A DNA stretch of 64,000 nt from Candidatus Woesearchaeota archaeon (GCA_038874135.1 JAVZCZ010000001.1:512001-576000), one strand, 5' to 3'. Counted from the first letter of the stretch, positions 19,795 to 30,200 are shown. Notes: a model not told the origin generated them from the sequence alone. Program-made: numbers and translations.

Positions 19795-20437
19795 CTTGTT
19801 TTGAGTATATAAATTTATTTTTTAGCTCTGGCTCTCGGAATAGTTCGTTCATGTTTCGGTTCAGTCCGAGCTCTCTCAGCAGGCTTAATATGTCATATGG
19901 ATTTCTCATATTATCAGGCGTTTCCGCAAGGGATGCTGCCCTTATTGGGACTTTGTAGGTCTGTGCGATTTTTATGTTGCGCAGTATCCTGCCCAGTATT
20001 TCGGAACTGGCTTCATTTTCCAGTATTTGCGAAGCTGAGATGCCTATCGCCTTTCCATTTCTAATAGCTTCTGAGCATAGCACCTGGTTTAGTCCTGAGC
20101 TTCTATATTTTGAGCTTCCAGTACTTGAAGTTTCAAGCTCAAATATCATGCTTACCTGATTTTTTTTAAAAAAATTGGGAGAGAATCCCCTGCCGATCAT
20201 TGCGCAGTTAAACCTTCTGTTGTACTGGTTTATGTTTTTTGCCTTTGTGTTTTCAATCAGGATTCCCGCGCTTATTGAAAAATCCTGGTACAAGCCGGAT
20301 ATTTCCCTTAAAAGTTGGAGCTTTTCTTCATACTCTTTGGGGTGGTAGAGCAGCATTATTCCCTTGTAGCCTAAGCTTCGTGCTCTTATTATAAAATCCT
20401 TCTCATCCTGTTTTGGGATTACAATGTCTGTGAGCAT
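19775..20437 (-). CDS. rnp3: RNase P subunit p30-like protein (PHP fold)
   Basis: SGLNQVLC.EA..NG.AI.I, LGRILRNIKIAQTYKVP..ASLA.....MRNPYD pattern; ATG 20437. Confidence 0.75.
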   Translation of the reverse strand: MLTDIVIPKQDEKDFIIRARSLGYKGIMLLYHPKEYEEKLQLLREISGLYQDFSISAGILIENTKAKNINQYNRRFNCAMIGRGFSPNFFKKNQVSMIFELETSSTGSSKYRSSGLNQVLCSEAIRNGKAIGISASQILENEASSEILGRILRNIKIAQTYKVPIRAASLAETPDNMRNPYDILSLLRELGLNRNMNELFREPELKNKFIYSKQDEDKNA

Positions 20438-21273
20438 CTTGTTTCGCCAATTCTGCTTATAATCTGGCATGCCCTGCACTCTCTTTCCCCTGAGGGCATT
20501 CCGCAGGTTTTACACCTGCCGATTACCTGCTTCGGAGTTTTAATCCTGTTGATCAGACAAATGTGTGTTGTTATGATGTCTTTTAGTATTTTTGGGTTTT
20601 CCCTTTTTAAGATGCTTATCTCAGATTCTACTGAGCGCCTGAAAGCGTTCTTTCTGTAGGGGCACTGTTTTGCCGGTGCGGGTATCCCTTTAATCTTGGC
20701 ATATTTTATTATTTGCTCCTCGCTTATGAAGAATAGGGGCTTCAGTCTGGGAGTTAGTCCTTCCTGCTTAAGCTCTGAGAGGTACGGCTTCTGAGCTTTA
20801 AGCTCTCTCAGATTTGTCTTGAATAGGTTCATCAGAACTGCTTCTGCCTCATCATCCAGGTTGTGACCCGTTATCAAGCAGTCATATCCTCTTGAGTATT
20901 TGTTTATAAGCCACCTTCTCAGCACTCCGCAGGCAGAGCACGCGTTTAGGTTTGTTTTTTTCACAATTTCTTGGAGTGTGATTCCGAATTCCCTTTTAAA
21001 TGAGATTATTTTTAAAGGTATGCCGTTTTGATTACAGAACTTCTTGAGCGATTCTTCTGTTTCATCTCTATAGTGTGGGATTCCCTCGTTGACAAGCAGC
21101 GCGGTTACCCTTTTGAAGTATTTTGAAGCGAGATATAATGCAGTGGTTGAGTCCTTTCCTCCAGAACAGGCTGCAATTACTCTTGCATCAGGGGAGAGGT
21201 TTGAGTATTTTTTTATTGTACGCCTTACCCTGCGTTCTATCTCTCTACAGAATTCTGCTTCGTCCTTTTTCAT
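20419..21273 (-). CDS. tRNA 2-thiolation protein (TtuA/Ncs6/TtcA family)
   Basis: SGGKDS, CSACGVLRR, TGHNLDDE, CPY, C-terminal CxxC..CxxC; N-terminal Zn finger largely absent. Confidence 0.9.
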   Translation of the reverse strand: MKKDEAEFCREIERRVRRTIKKYSNLSPDARVIAACSGGKDSTTALYLASKYFKRVTALLVNEGIPHYRDETEESLKKFCNQNGIPLKIISFKREFGITLQEIVKKTNLNACSACGVLRRWLINKYSRGYDCLITGHNLDDEAEAVLMNLFKTNLRELKAQKPYLSELKQEGLTPRLKPLFFISEEQIIKYAKIKGIPAPAKQCPYRKNAFRRSVESEISILKRENPKILKDIITTHICLINRIKTPKQVIGRCKTCGMPSGERECRACQIISRIGETRCSQTL

Positions 21274-22465
21274 CTTGCCCGAATAGGATTAACTCTTTTT
21301 TTGTAAGCGCTTCTTCTATTAGCCGCCTGAGCGGCATTTTAGATTCTATCTCTTTTATTCTTTCAAGGCTTGATTGAGTTGCTGGATGCTTAGGGAGAGC
21401 AGTACACTTGACATCTGAGGCTATTGAGATGTCGTAAGTTCCTATGCTCTTGGCAATTTGTATTATTTCCTCTTTGCTCAGCCCTATCAGCGGCCTTAAC
21501 ACTGGCTTTGAGGATGCGCTTTCTTCAACTTCAAGGTTGGTGATTGTTTGAGAGGCGACCTGCGCCAGGCTGGAGCCGTCCACTACTGCTGAGGCGCCTT
21601 CTTCTTCTGCCAGCTTTGAAGCAATTCTAAGCATGTTGGACTTGCAGAGTACGCACACATACTTTGAGCCTCTAGCCACAAACTCCTGCATTATCCTGCC
21701 GGTTTTTATTATGCAGAGCTTAAGAGGCTCTCCGTAGTAGTATTCTGCAAGCTTTGAGCAAACCTTTTTCACCCTGTCCAGGTCCCCTTCTGAGTAGTAT
21801 GGGCTTTGGTCTAGGTGCAGCAGCGTCACCCTGCAACCCTTGCGCATCATAAGCCAGGCTGCTACTGGGCTGTCTATTCCTCCTGAAATTAGGCAGATGA
21901 GCTTGCCTGAGCTTCCGGTAGGAAGCCCTCCGGGGCCTTTTATTTTTTCTGTGAATAGGTATATCTCCCCCTGTTCAACAATCTCTATTCCGAGGTAGAA
22001 TTCTGAGTTTTGCAGTTGGACTCTGGCGCCCGTCTCTTCAACTATGAATGCTCCAACCTGCTCGTTGATGTGTACTGAATCAATTGGAAATTTCTTGTCT
22101 GAACGCTTGGCTGCTATTTTAAAGCTGGAAGATGAGGAGAGCCCCTTCTCTTTTAGGAGCTGTAGTGCTTTTGTTTTTATTTCTTCCATCAGATTGGGAG
22201 TGCTTCTTTTTATTTCAACTGCTGGGCTGAAGGACGCTATCCCGAAAACTTTGGAGAGGCATTCTGATTTTTCGTATATGTCCTCTTTCAGGTGGATTAT
22301 TAGCCGTCCCCTATGCCTATTCACTCTTTCATAGCTTATGTTGTGCCTTTTTAGACAGAGTTTTATGTTGTGCGCCAGCTGCTTTTCAAAGAATGCCCTA
22401 TTCTGCCCTTTGAGGAAGATTTCGTTGTATCTTACCAGGATGTGGTACCTTGGGGTGTGCATCAC
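21245..22465 (-). CDS. thiI: tRNA 4-thiouridine synthase
   Basis: EIFLKG.NR, THUMP domain, GGLP.G, SGGIDSPVA, CVLCK, QVASQT, RPLIG. Confidence 0.95.
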   Translation of the reverse strand: MMHTPRYHILVRYNEIFLKGQNRAFFEKQLAHNIKLCLKRHNISYERVNRHRGRLIIHLKEDIYEKSECLSKVFGIASFSPAVEIKRSTPNLMEEIKTKALQLLKEKGLSSSSSFKIAAKRSDKKFPIDSVHINEQVGAFIVEETGARVQLQNSEFYLGIEIVEQGEIYLFTEKIKGPGGLPTGSSGKLICLISGGIDSPVAAWLMMRKGCRVTLLHLDQSPYYSEGDLDRVKKVCSKLAEYYYGEPLKLCIIKTGRIMQEFVARGSKYVCVLCKSNMLRIASKLAEEEGASAVVDGSSLAQVASQTITNLEVEESASSKPVLRPLIGLSKEEIIQIAKSIGTYDISIASDVKCTALPKHPATQSSLERIKEIESKMPLRRLIEEALTKKELILFGQDEKGRSRIL

Positions 22466-22484
22466 TTGTTGGTTTTAGCTTTGT

Positions 22485-22700
22485 CTATAAATCTTTTATC
22501 CTCACGCTGGCTTTCTGACGCCCCTTCTTTTTAAGCCGCTGCCTTGCCAGTGAGAACAACCCTATAAATAAGGATATGATAAAGAGAAGTACCGCTGCGA
22601 GAAGCCAGAAAAGAACTACTGGAATTAGGAATATTATAATTAGCGCTGCAATGAGTATTGAAACCATCCAGGCCAAAGCTAAGATGATTCTGTTTCTCAT
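22485..22700 (-). CDS. Small membrane protein
   Basis: Long hydrophobic stretch and basic tail; ATGA overlap with lgt. Confidence 0.7.
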   Translation of the reverse strand: MRNRIILALAWMVSILIAALIIIFLIPVVLFWLLAAVLLFIISLFIGLFSLARQRLKKKGRQKASVRIKDL

Positions 22701-23488
22701 TTTTTCCTCCTTCTGCTTTTAATCTCATTTTTAGTTTTTGAGAGTTTGAAAAGCATGGGAATTGAGATAATTATTATAATTATTGAAGTAAATTGTCCCA
22801 GTGTTAGTCCAAAAATGACATAGTCGGGCTCTCTGAAGAATTCTACAAAGAACCTGAAAGCAGAATAGATTAGCATGAAGCTCCAGAATATAGAGCCGTC
22901 CTTCCTTCTTATCTTAAGTTTGAATATTAAATTAAGTATTATAAATGTTGCAAAATCAGTTATTGACTCGTAAAGCTGAGAGGGGTGTCTGAACCCTTCT
23001 GCTTCAGCAAACTTTACTGCCCAGGGCACGCTGGTGATTCTACCGTAGAGTTCTCCATTTATGAAGTTGGCTATCCTTCCAAGTGCTAGCCCAAGCGATA
23101 ATGGAATGACTGCCAGATCTGCAATCTGCCAGAATTTGAGCTTCCTCTTTTTTGAATAAAGCCAGAGTCCTAAAAATCCTCCCAGGAATGCCCCGTGAGC
23201 CGCTAGGCCTCCATGCCAGATGGCTATTATTTCAATCGGGTTATTTATATAGAATTGTGGGTTGTGCAGCAGGATGTGGTCCAGTCTTGCTCCTAATAGT
23301 CCGAATAGCACCATGATGAAGAGGGCGTTGTATAACTCTTCTTCATTAACTTCAGGATTTAGACGCTTGTACTCTCTGCTTATGAAGAATATTCCGAATA
23401 GAACTGAGAGAGCCATGAAAAGTCCGTAGTACCTTATTTGTAGTTGTCCGATTTGAAGGATTACTGGATTAATATTGTGTATAAACAT
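22697..23488 (-). CDS. lgt: Prolipoprotein diacylglyceryl transferase
   Basis: IRYYG, GGLAAHG, GRIANFINGELYGR, HPSQLYE, RFFVEFFREPD. Confidence 0.95.
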   Translation of the reverse strand: MFIHNINPVILQIGQLQIRYYGLFMALSVLFGIFFISREYKRLNPEVNEEELYNALFIMVLFGLLGARLDHILLHNPQFYINNPIEIIAIWHGGLAAHGAFLGGFLGLWLYSKKRKLKFWQIADLAVIPLSLGLALGRIANFINGELYGRITSVPWAVKFAEAEGFRHPSQLYESITDFATFIILNLIFKLKIRRKDGSIFWSFMLIYSAFRFFVEFFREPDYVIFGLTLGQFTSIIIIIISIPMLFKLSKTKNEIKSRRRKK

Positions 23489-23529
23489 AAAAATTAGTGA
23501 AATAAAAGAAGGAATAAAAAGTTTTGCGT

Positions 23530-24690
23530 TCAGCCGCAGCTTCCTGAGGGAGCTGGAGCCTGCTGGCTTACTGTAGCATTACAGCCTGCCATTCCTTCAT
23601 TATACTTGCAGAACTGCTGCTGCACGCTTGCAGCCTGTATCCCTCCGAAGGTGTACCTGTTGTTTGCAAGCCATGTTGGAGATGCTCCTATTCCTAAAGC
23701 CCGTGCAATTTTTATGTCTTCGCTCAGAAGATTTTTTCCCTCAGTTCCATTGAAGCAAGATTCCACTTTAGCTATATCAACTCCTGTGTTTTGAGCGCAG
23801 TTGTGCCAGTCGTTCCCTCTTATGCCTTCCTTGCTCCTGCACACTATGTAGTCTAACCACTGTTTTGGAGAGTATTTCTTCACGCAAAGCTGTATTATGT
23901 CTTCATCCGCCTCGTAAGGTCCGTGTAAGCTGTTGAAAACTCCTGGAGAGGTCTCATCTGCAATGTAGTGCACATCATAGGTCATGTTCGGCATCACCTT
24001 AACTAGTTCTCCCAGGGCAATAACTGCTAGCTTGCCGTATGGGCAGTCGCTCATTATGAAAACCTGCAGGTTTCCTGGTTTGTTATCTCTGCACGCTAGG
24101 GAATTTATGCACTCAGGATCCTGACAGTCTATAAGTGCGTTGCCATTGTCATCTATCCCGTTGTCACAGATTTCTGCAGTGGGATCAAAGCTGGCTCCGA
24201 TTCTCAGAGATAAATATTTTTCAGCCTTGTCAAGGTATGGTGATATTATTGAATAGTTTGCTGTAGTGTTTACGCTCGGCGTAAATAAAATTGCGGGCAG
24301 GTATTTTATTTTAGTTGATGCCATCAGCTCTCTTGCCTTTTTGTCAGAGTAGTCAAGCTGGGTTATTTTTACTTCTGGAAGTATGGACTTTAGCTGTGGA
24401 ACTAAAACCTGGACTGCCTGTTCGCAGTCTGCACATCTTTTGTCGCTTATAACTATCATTTCCGGTGTTGAGGTCTGAGTTGGCAGTCCGTTGTATTTCA
24501 CAGTGAAGATGTGGAGAGCTGTCAAAATTGAGAACACTGCAATTATCGCTAGCAATGTTATGCTCAGATATTTCCAGCCGTTCCTCTTAACATGATGTTT
24601 TGCAATAAGTATCTTCTCATGAAGTTTGTGCTTCTTTGCCTCGTGATGTTCAGCTTTTTTCTCTTTATGTTCTTCTTTTTCTTCTTCCAT
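23530..24690 (-). CDS. Membrane-anchored thioredoxin-fold (DsbA/GILT-like) protein
   Basis: One TM; CADC and CPYG motifs; EICDNGIDD..DCQDPEC repeat; GIGASPT cis-Pro loop. Confidence 0.7.
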   Translation of the reverse strand: MEEEKEEHKEKKAEHHEAKKHKLHEKILIAKHHVKRNGWKYLSITLLAIIAVFSILTALHIFTVKYNGLPTQTSTPEMIVISDKRCADCEQAVQVLVPQLKSILPEVKITQLDYSDKKARELMASTKIKYLPAILFTPSVNTTANYSIISPYLDKAEKYLSLRIGASFDPTAEICDNGIDDNGNALIDCQDPECINSLACRDNKPGNLQVFIMSDCPYGKLAVIALGELVKVMPNMTYDVHYIADETSPGVFNSLHGPYEADEDIIQLCVKKYSPKQWLDYIVCRSKEGIRGNDWHNCAQNTGVDIAKVESCFNGTEGKNLLSEDIKIARALGIGASPTWLANNRYTFGGIQAASVQQQFCKYNEGMAGCNATVSQQAPAPSGSCG

Positions 24691-24826
24691 AACACCTCAC
24701 CCTAAAAACAGAAAGATGAGATAGCAGCTCTTTTTAAAACTTTCCAATAAGTGCACTGCGTTTAGCGAATTTCGTACTCAAAAGGTTACAAAAACTTTAA
24801 TAAAACTAAATATCTAGTATTGTATT

Positions 24827-25357
24827 ATGAGATGCTTTGTCTGCATAAAAGTGCCTGAAGAGATTAGAAGAGAGCTTGAAGTTGCTGCTAACCTTCTGCG
24901 GGGAATAAGAGGAGTTTCCTTGGCAAAGGAGTTTCATATCACACTTAAATTTCTTGGAGAAATTGATACCAATGTTGTTGAGATGGTAAAAGCACGGTTG
25001 GAAGAAGTGAGGTATAGAAGATTTAAAGTTGAAGTTAGAGGCTTAGGATTTTTCCCGAATAGGAAAAGAATGAGAGTAATCTGGGCTGGCGCGCATTCTA
25101 AGGAGCTAAATGATTTGGCTTTTGAGGTTGACTCAGCTTTAGAAAAAGCGGGCTTTACTAAAGAGAGATTTTCTCCACATATAACCCTTGCGCGCGTAAA
25201 GAATTTTCAGGAGAGAGAAAAGATAGGAATGGCACTCTCCAAGATTTTAATAAAGCCGAGCTCATTCAGTGTGTCAAGCTTCTTTCTAGAGCGTTCTGAA
25301 CTGAAAAGAGAGGGGCCGTGCTACTCTGACATTGCAGAGTTTAAGCTTTCAGAGTGA
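24827..25357 (+). CDS. thpR: RNA 2',3'-cyclic phosphodiesterase (2H family)
   Basis: HITLKFLG and PHITLAR. Confidence 0.92.
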   Translation: MRCFVCIKVPEEIRRELEVAANLLRGIRGVSLAKEFHITLKFLGEIDTNVVEMVKARLEEVRYRRFKVEVRGLGFFPNRKRMRVIWAGAHSKELNDLAFEVDSALEKAGFTKERFSPHITLARVKNFQEREKIGMALSKILIKPSSFSVSSFFLERSELKREGPCYSDIAEFKLSE

Positions 25358-25628
25358 GTGTGAGCTTTACAGCGTAGAATATAAGAAGTGCGAGTAGGAA
25401 GCAGAGCATTCCGAGTGTGAGTTCCAGCGCAAGCCTCCACGCATTTTTTATCTTTCCCGATTCAAGCCTTCTGGAAAGGTGTAAAACATACAAGTATAAG
25501 AATAGTGCTAGGAGTATTATTATATAATATGGAAACCCTGCTGCTAGGAAGAATATGCTGAAAAAAGTGAAGAGCATGATAAACATCATTATAGAGTGCT
25601 TAGTTGGTTTTAGAAAAATGCCGTTCAA
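25341..25628 (-). CDS. Small membrane protein
   Basis: Three hydrophobic segments; ATGA overlap with mre11. Confidence 0.65.
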   Translation of the reverse strand: MNGIFLKPTKHSIMMFIMLFTFFSIFFLAAGFPYYIIILLALFLYLYVLHLSRRLESGKIKNAWRLALELTLGMLCFLLALLIFYAVKLTLTLKA

Positions 25629-26863
25629 GGATCTCCCCCTGCGTATTCTGTGAGAATTTTTTTAAAGTCCTCTTTCAGTCTCACTTCAAAATCCTGAACC
25701 CTTTCACCCTCCTTCCGCTCTGCGGATAGTATTTCCATCAGAGTGGAGAGGAACTGTTTTGTTTTGTCAGCACCAATCTTTTCAACAGTCATTGATGGAG
25801 CGTTTTCTGTAAGCATCCTTTCTTCTATCTCGCGTACTGAGCCTGAAGATGAGGATATGCTTTCAAATTCTTCCGTGCTCAGAAGGCTGGTGTTTTTTAG
25901 AACTGTAAAAGCACCCCTTGAATAGAGCTCTTCATATATCTCATTAAACGGAATGTCTGAGGTCTTTCCCGAAGCGAGCCTTCCTGACAGGCGTATTAGC
26001 ACTATCGTATTTATGAGCTCCTTTCCAGCTGTTTTTTCAACTATCTCAGAATGAACCTCCTGTGGCGATTTTCCATCACAAACTATCTTTATTGGAAGAA
26101 CATTGTAAAGTATTATTGGCTGGTATTCCTGAGAGAGTTCTCCTCCAGAATATTCAACAATGTAAAAGCCGCCGTGCTGTAGCTCTTCTAATTCAGAGAA
26201 GCTGTTTGGGAATAGAGGTCCGGGATATGCAAAAAGTCCATACCCTTTTATTTCGGCGCTGTGAACTATGTGAACATGGCCTCCTGCGTAGTATGAAAAT
26301 CTTTTTGGGAAGAAGGAGAGCGGTGAAGTTTCAAACCACTGTTCTCCTGGAAGGAGCTCTTGGACTGGGCTGTGGAACATGAAGATCTTAAAACCATCTT
26401 CAGCTTCAAGAAGCTCCCTGTCTAGGCTTTCGTAGTATGAAGATTCAAGCATTCCCCTCTTTCCTAATATGCCTGTAATTTTTGCTCCTGTTTTTTTATC
26501 TATTGTGAATTTGAGTCTGAGTTTTGAATCCTCAACCCTGCCACGGAAGACATTGGTGAAGAGGTTTGCGTTTTCAAGCACGTCCAGCATTGTCTTTCCA
26601 GACGGGCTGAAATCGTGGCTTCCAGGGATTACATAAACAGGAATACCTGCAGCTTTCAACTGGCTAAGCCCGTATACTGCCTCCTTCAGAGAATCTATTG
26701 ATGGGAAGGATGTGTTGAAAAGGTCTCCGGATATTAGTATGAAGTCAACTTGCCTCTCAATGCATATCTCTACAGCTCTTGAAAATGCTTGCAGGTTAGC
26801 GTTTCTCAGCAGGGGTTCCCTCCAGGCGCCTATGTGACAGTCTGCAATGTGAGCGAATCTCAT
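25625..26863 (-). CDS. mre11: Mre11/SbcD-family DNA repair nuclease
   Basis: ADCHIG, SGDLF, PGSHD, GGHVH, YPG. Confidence 0.85.
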   Translation of the reverse strand: MRFAHIADCHIGAWREPLLRNANLQAFSRAVEICIERQVDFILISGDLFNTSFPSIDSLKEAVYGLSQLKAAGIPVYVIPGSHDFSPSGKTMLDVLENANLFTNVFRGRVEDSKLRLKFTIDKKTGAKITGILGKRGMLESSYYESLDRELLEAEDGFKIFMFHSPVQELLPGEQWFETSPLSFFPKRFSYYAGGHVHIVHSAEIKGYGLFAYPGPLFPNSFSELEELQHGGFYIVEYSGGELSQEYQPIILYNVLPIKIVCDGKSPQEVHSEIVEKTAGKELINTIVLIRLSGRLASGKTSDIPFNEIYEELYSRGAFTVLKNTSLLSTEEFESISSSSGSVREIEERMLTENAPSMTVEKIGADKTKQFLSTLMEILSAERKEGERVQDFEVRLKEDFKKILTEYAGGDP

Positions 26864-27008
26864 ATGCTTTAAGAATTCGTCCTAATTTAAAAAAGTATTG
26901 AAGCCATTCTGAGTTAAAAATAGCGTGTTCTGAATAAAAAGTTTTATATATAACTTAATTATTGTGGAGAGATAGAATGTATTCATGCTTTTGAAGGTGA
27001 TTTGAAAA

Positions 27009-27272
27009 ATGGCAGGAGAAGAAAAAAAGCTGAGCGCCCAGCTCATAGGGAAAACTGTTGTTAGCAAGACGGGAAAGAAATTTGGAGAAGTTGGGGACAT
27101 AATATTTGAAACCAAGTCGGGAGAGCTTATTCACATAGTTCTTAAAAATCCGACAGTGTACACTGAAAAGCTTGAGCTGGAAAAGGACAAGGATGGTAAT
27201 ATTTTAATACCCTTCAGTGCAGTGATTGCTACCGGCGACTTCCTCGTAGTTTCTGAGGAAGACATCGTTTAA
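27009..27272 (+). CDS. PRC-barrel protein (CdpB-like cell-division candidate)
   Basis: LIGKTVV...GKKFGEVGDI.F...SG.L..IPFSAV.A.GD.LVV. Confidence 0.85.
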   Translation: MAGEEKKLSAQLIGKTVVSKTGKKFGEVGDIIFETKSGELIHIVLKNPTVYTEKLELEKDKDGNILIPFSAVIATGDFLVVSEEDIV

Positions 27273-27282
27273 TTTTTTAATT

Positions 27283-28506
27283 TTAAATAATTCTTATACT
27301 GCTGATTATCTTCTGTATAATTGGAGCTAGAAGGCCCATTATTACGAGAAGCAGGAATGCCAGGTTTATTACCTTCCAGATCTTGTCTGCGCGCTTCTTA
27401 TTGCTGTAAATGTCTAGGAGTGCAACCTGCAATATTCTGGCGCCGTCAGTTACGAATATTGGAAGCAGGTTGGTTAGGCCTATGAATAGGTTAAAGAGGA
27501 ATATCCACCTGATTAGCTCCTTTAGCCAGGAATATGCAGGGTATATTCCTTTATATTTCGGGTTGACCTCTCTTATGTTCTTAATATTTTGAATTCCAAG
27601 ATATGCCCTGTTTGGGTTTGAAGGATGCTGACTTGTAATTAAGGAGTATGATGCATTGTTATTTGAAAGAGTTACCTGCTGTCCAGGCTTAACGCAGTAG
27701 TACAGCTGGGTTATGAAGTATTCTGAAGAATTAACTTGAACGCCGTTGAATGTGTTGAAGATTGTGTTGTTAGGAATTCCTGCAATGCCTGCTGGCACGG
27801 AACTGTTTATCACTGTAAATGCAAATCCTGTAGGTGTTGTTAGTTTGTCTTCAAATGGGGCAAGAGTGTTGTTGGATGAGTCTGCCACATATGGCAGTGC
27901 TGCAAATATTATCATTGCAAGAATTATGTTAATTATTGGCCCTGCAGCAAGTATTGAGTACTGCTGTATTGGACTTTTCTTTTTCATCTCTTTTTCATCC
28001 GGTTCAACAAATGCTGCGGGGAATACTGGTGCTATTATTCCTAGAACTGCAAAGCCGCTGGACTTTATCTTTAGGTTGTGAGCAGAAGCCATAATCCCGT
28101 GGGCAAGCTCGTGCACAAGTGCGATTAAAAAGAGTCCTACAAGCCAGTATGAGAATGAGAGATATCCTATTCCGGGAATTTGAGTGCCCGGGTATATGAG
28201 TGCCATGCCGGTTTCTGTTGTAGCTGGACTTATTAGGAATTTAAGCATGGTTCTGAGTATGTTGTAGGAGATGAAGAGCATTCCTGCAAATGCGAATCCG
28301 ATGAAGCAGTATCCGAGCAGGATTATTACCCTTCTGTACCTGTCAGATATCCTCTTCATAAGCCCCAATCCCAAGCGCGTCTTGTAGAGTATGATGTAGA
28401 TTATGGGATAAACGATTTTTTGGACTGTTAACTTTTTTTTGTTCTTGAGCATTATTATTGAGAGCACTGCTATGAATACCAGAAATGCTAGTATGTCATA
28501 ATTCAT
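27283..28506 (-). CDS. Site-2 protease (M50 family)
   Basis: HELAH, AFVEPD, AGP, NLLP...DG. Confidence 0.93.
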   Translation of the reverse strand: MNYDILAFLVFIAVLSIIMLKNKKKLTVQKIVYPIIYIILYKTRLGLGLMKRISDRYRRVIILLGYCFIGFAFAGMLFISYNILRTMLKFLISPATTETGMALIYPGTQIPGIGYLSFSYWLVGLFLIALVHELAHGIMASAHNLKIKSSGFAVLGIIAPVFPAAFVEPDEKEMKKKSPIQQYSILAAGPIINIILAMIIFAALPYVADSSNNTLAPFEDKLTTPTGFAFTVINSSVPAGIAGIPNNTIFNTFNGVQVNSSEYFITQLYYCVKPGQQVTLSNNNASYSLITSQHPSNPNRAYLGIQNIKNIREVNPKYKGIYPAYSWLKELIRWIFLFNLFIGLTNLLPIFVTDGARILQVALLDIYSNKKRADKIWKVINLAFLLLVIMGLLAPIIQKIISSIRII

Positions 28507-28594
28507 AAATTAGAAATTTGCTTGGTTGTTTAAAAAAGTTTTGAATTTTGGAATGTTGGAAAGTTTTAAAAGAAGCGGAGCATTAGGTTTTTAC

Positions 28595-29821
28595 ATGTCC
28601 AGCCTTGCTGCTAAAAGGGGTGATTCGCATATTGATGTCATAATAAGCCTTGCCATATTCATACTCTTTCTCAGCTGGTTCTTTGCTTTCATACAGCCCC
28701 AGTATGCTAGTTTTGTGGGACAAAAAACTGCCCTTTCCACTGTAGAATCCGCGCTTTCAGCGGCCTACTGGGAGGTACAGCAGGTTCCACTTTTCATCTA
28801 TTCGAATTCTTCAGGGAAGATGCCAATCGTTGTGAAATTTCCTTTTGGCTGGGGTGAGCATAATATGAGATTTCTGCCTGAGAGAGATTTTGCCCTTTTA
28901 AGGGGAAGGTTGTTCTTTTTAGGCTCTCCTGCAGAGTCGCCTTTTCTCTTAACTTATTCAAACTGGAGCACTAATAAGAGTGTAACTGACTGCGGGTTGT
29001 ATTATAGCGATGAGAGTGTCACCTCGCTGAATGTTCGGGCTGATTTTAGCGGGCAGATATTAAAATCATTACAGTATGATGGCGCCGAGCTTGTCAGGGA
29101 TTTTCTCATACTGCTAAATGAGGAAGAGCCCGGCTTTGAGAATTCCAGCATGGAAGACAGAGGCTTCATAGTTTTGAATAAATTTGAAAGTGAAGAAAGT
29201 TATGTTTTGTATGTGTTCTTCTGTAACAGCTCAGCTATGTTTATTATGACTGGTTCAAGCTCAGAAAAGAACATAAAATTGAAATTCACTCCAGTTAATA
29301 TGACTCATTATTACATTAATAATGAATTTAACGGGCCCTTGTCTGAGCTTACAGACGGCTTGCTGGCTGGGAATGTGACTTCTCTTTTTATTTATGAGAA
29401 CATTTCCGGAAGGGGCTTTGAATTGCTTTCAGAGGATGCTTTCAGTGTTGAACACTACTCATCCAATTTTGAGATTGCGAGTAATGGAACTTCTATGATT
29501 TTTTGGATTGTACCCTTCCGAGAGAATTATTCAGGTAATGAATTTGAGACCATGTTTGGCTACAATTACTCTTTTGGCGTGATTAGAAGGATAAGAGGGT
29601 TGAATCCATATTATTTTTCAAAAGCCAACCTTTTTAAAAACGAGCTTGACGGAATTGGAGAGTACTACCTAAACATATCCTGTCCTTCCCTAAATTATTT
29701 TGAAGGAAACTTGAAAGAGAGCGATTTAAAAAACATTTATGCTGCCTCTCTGCTCAAGTATGCAGTTTTTTCAAATGGCAGTTTGGAGAGGTGTGTGGTG
29801 CATGAGGGCATTGCGAAGTAG
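28595..29821 (+). CDS. Pilin-like surface protein with class III signal peptide-like N-terminus
   Basis: KRG|DSHIDVIISLAIFILFL; many sequons. Confidence 0.6.
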   Translation: MSSLAAKRGDSHIDVIISLAIFILFLSWFFAFIQPQYASFVGQKTALSTVESALSAAYWEVQQVPLFIYSNSSGKMPIVVKFPFGWGEHNMRFLPERDFALLRGRLFFLGSPAESPFLLTYSNWSTNKSVTDCGLYYSDESVTSLNVRADFSGQILKSLQYDGAELVRDFLILLNEEEPGFENSSMEDRGFIVLNKFESEESYVLYVFFCNSSAMFIMTGSSSEKNIKLKFTPVNMTHYYINNEFNGPLSELTDGLLAGNVTSLFIYENISGRGFELLSEDAFSVEHYSSNFEIASNGTSMIFWIVPFRENYSGNEFETMFGYNYSFGVIRRIRGLNPYYFSKANLFKNELDGIGEYYLNISCPSLNYFEGNLKESDLKNIYAASLLKYAVFSNGSLERCVVHEGIAK

Positions 29822-30194
29822 GGGCTTTGCCAAAACTGTTGAGATGCTGATTGCAGTTTCAATAATCTTCACATTCTCACTAATCATAATTCCACAAAGC
29901 GCCAGATTCTCAGAACAGGATTTAGACCTGTCATTCTTAGATGGACTTGCATTAGATGAAAATTTCAGAAGGGCAGTTCTTTACGAAAATGTTTCTGCAG
30001 TTAATATTTATGTGAGGGATGCTATGGATTCAGCTGGCTTGCAGAGGTTAAACTTTACCTTATCAATTTCAAAAGATCCATCTTCTACAATTTCTCTACC
30101 ATCGCGCGATGTTAAGGCATATTCAATGTTTGTAAGTGCAGAGAAAGAGCTTCTAGGACCTAAGATTCTAAGGGTTTATGTTTGGAAGGATTAA
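29802..30194 (+). CDS. Pilin-like protein
   Basis: RSRG|FAKTVEMLIAVSIIF; ATG 29802. Confidence 0.65.
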   Translation: MRALRSRGFAKTVEMLIAVSIIFTFSLIIIPQSARFSEQDLDLSFLDGLALDENFRRAVLYENVSAVNIYVRDAMDSAGLQRLNFTLSISKDPSSTISLPSRDVKAYSMFVSAEKELLGPKILRVYVWKD

Positions 30195-30200
30195 AAAAAT

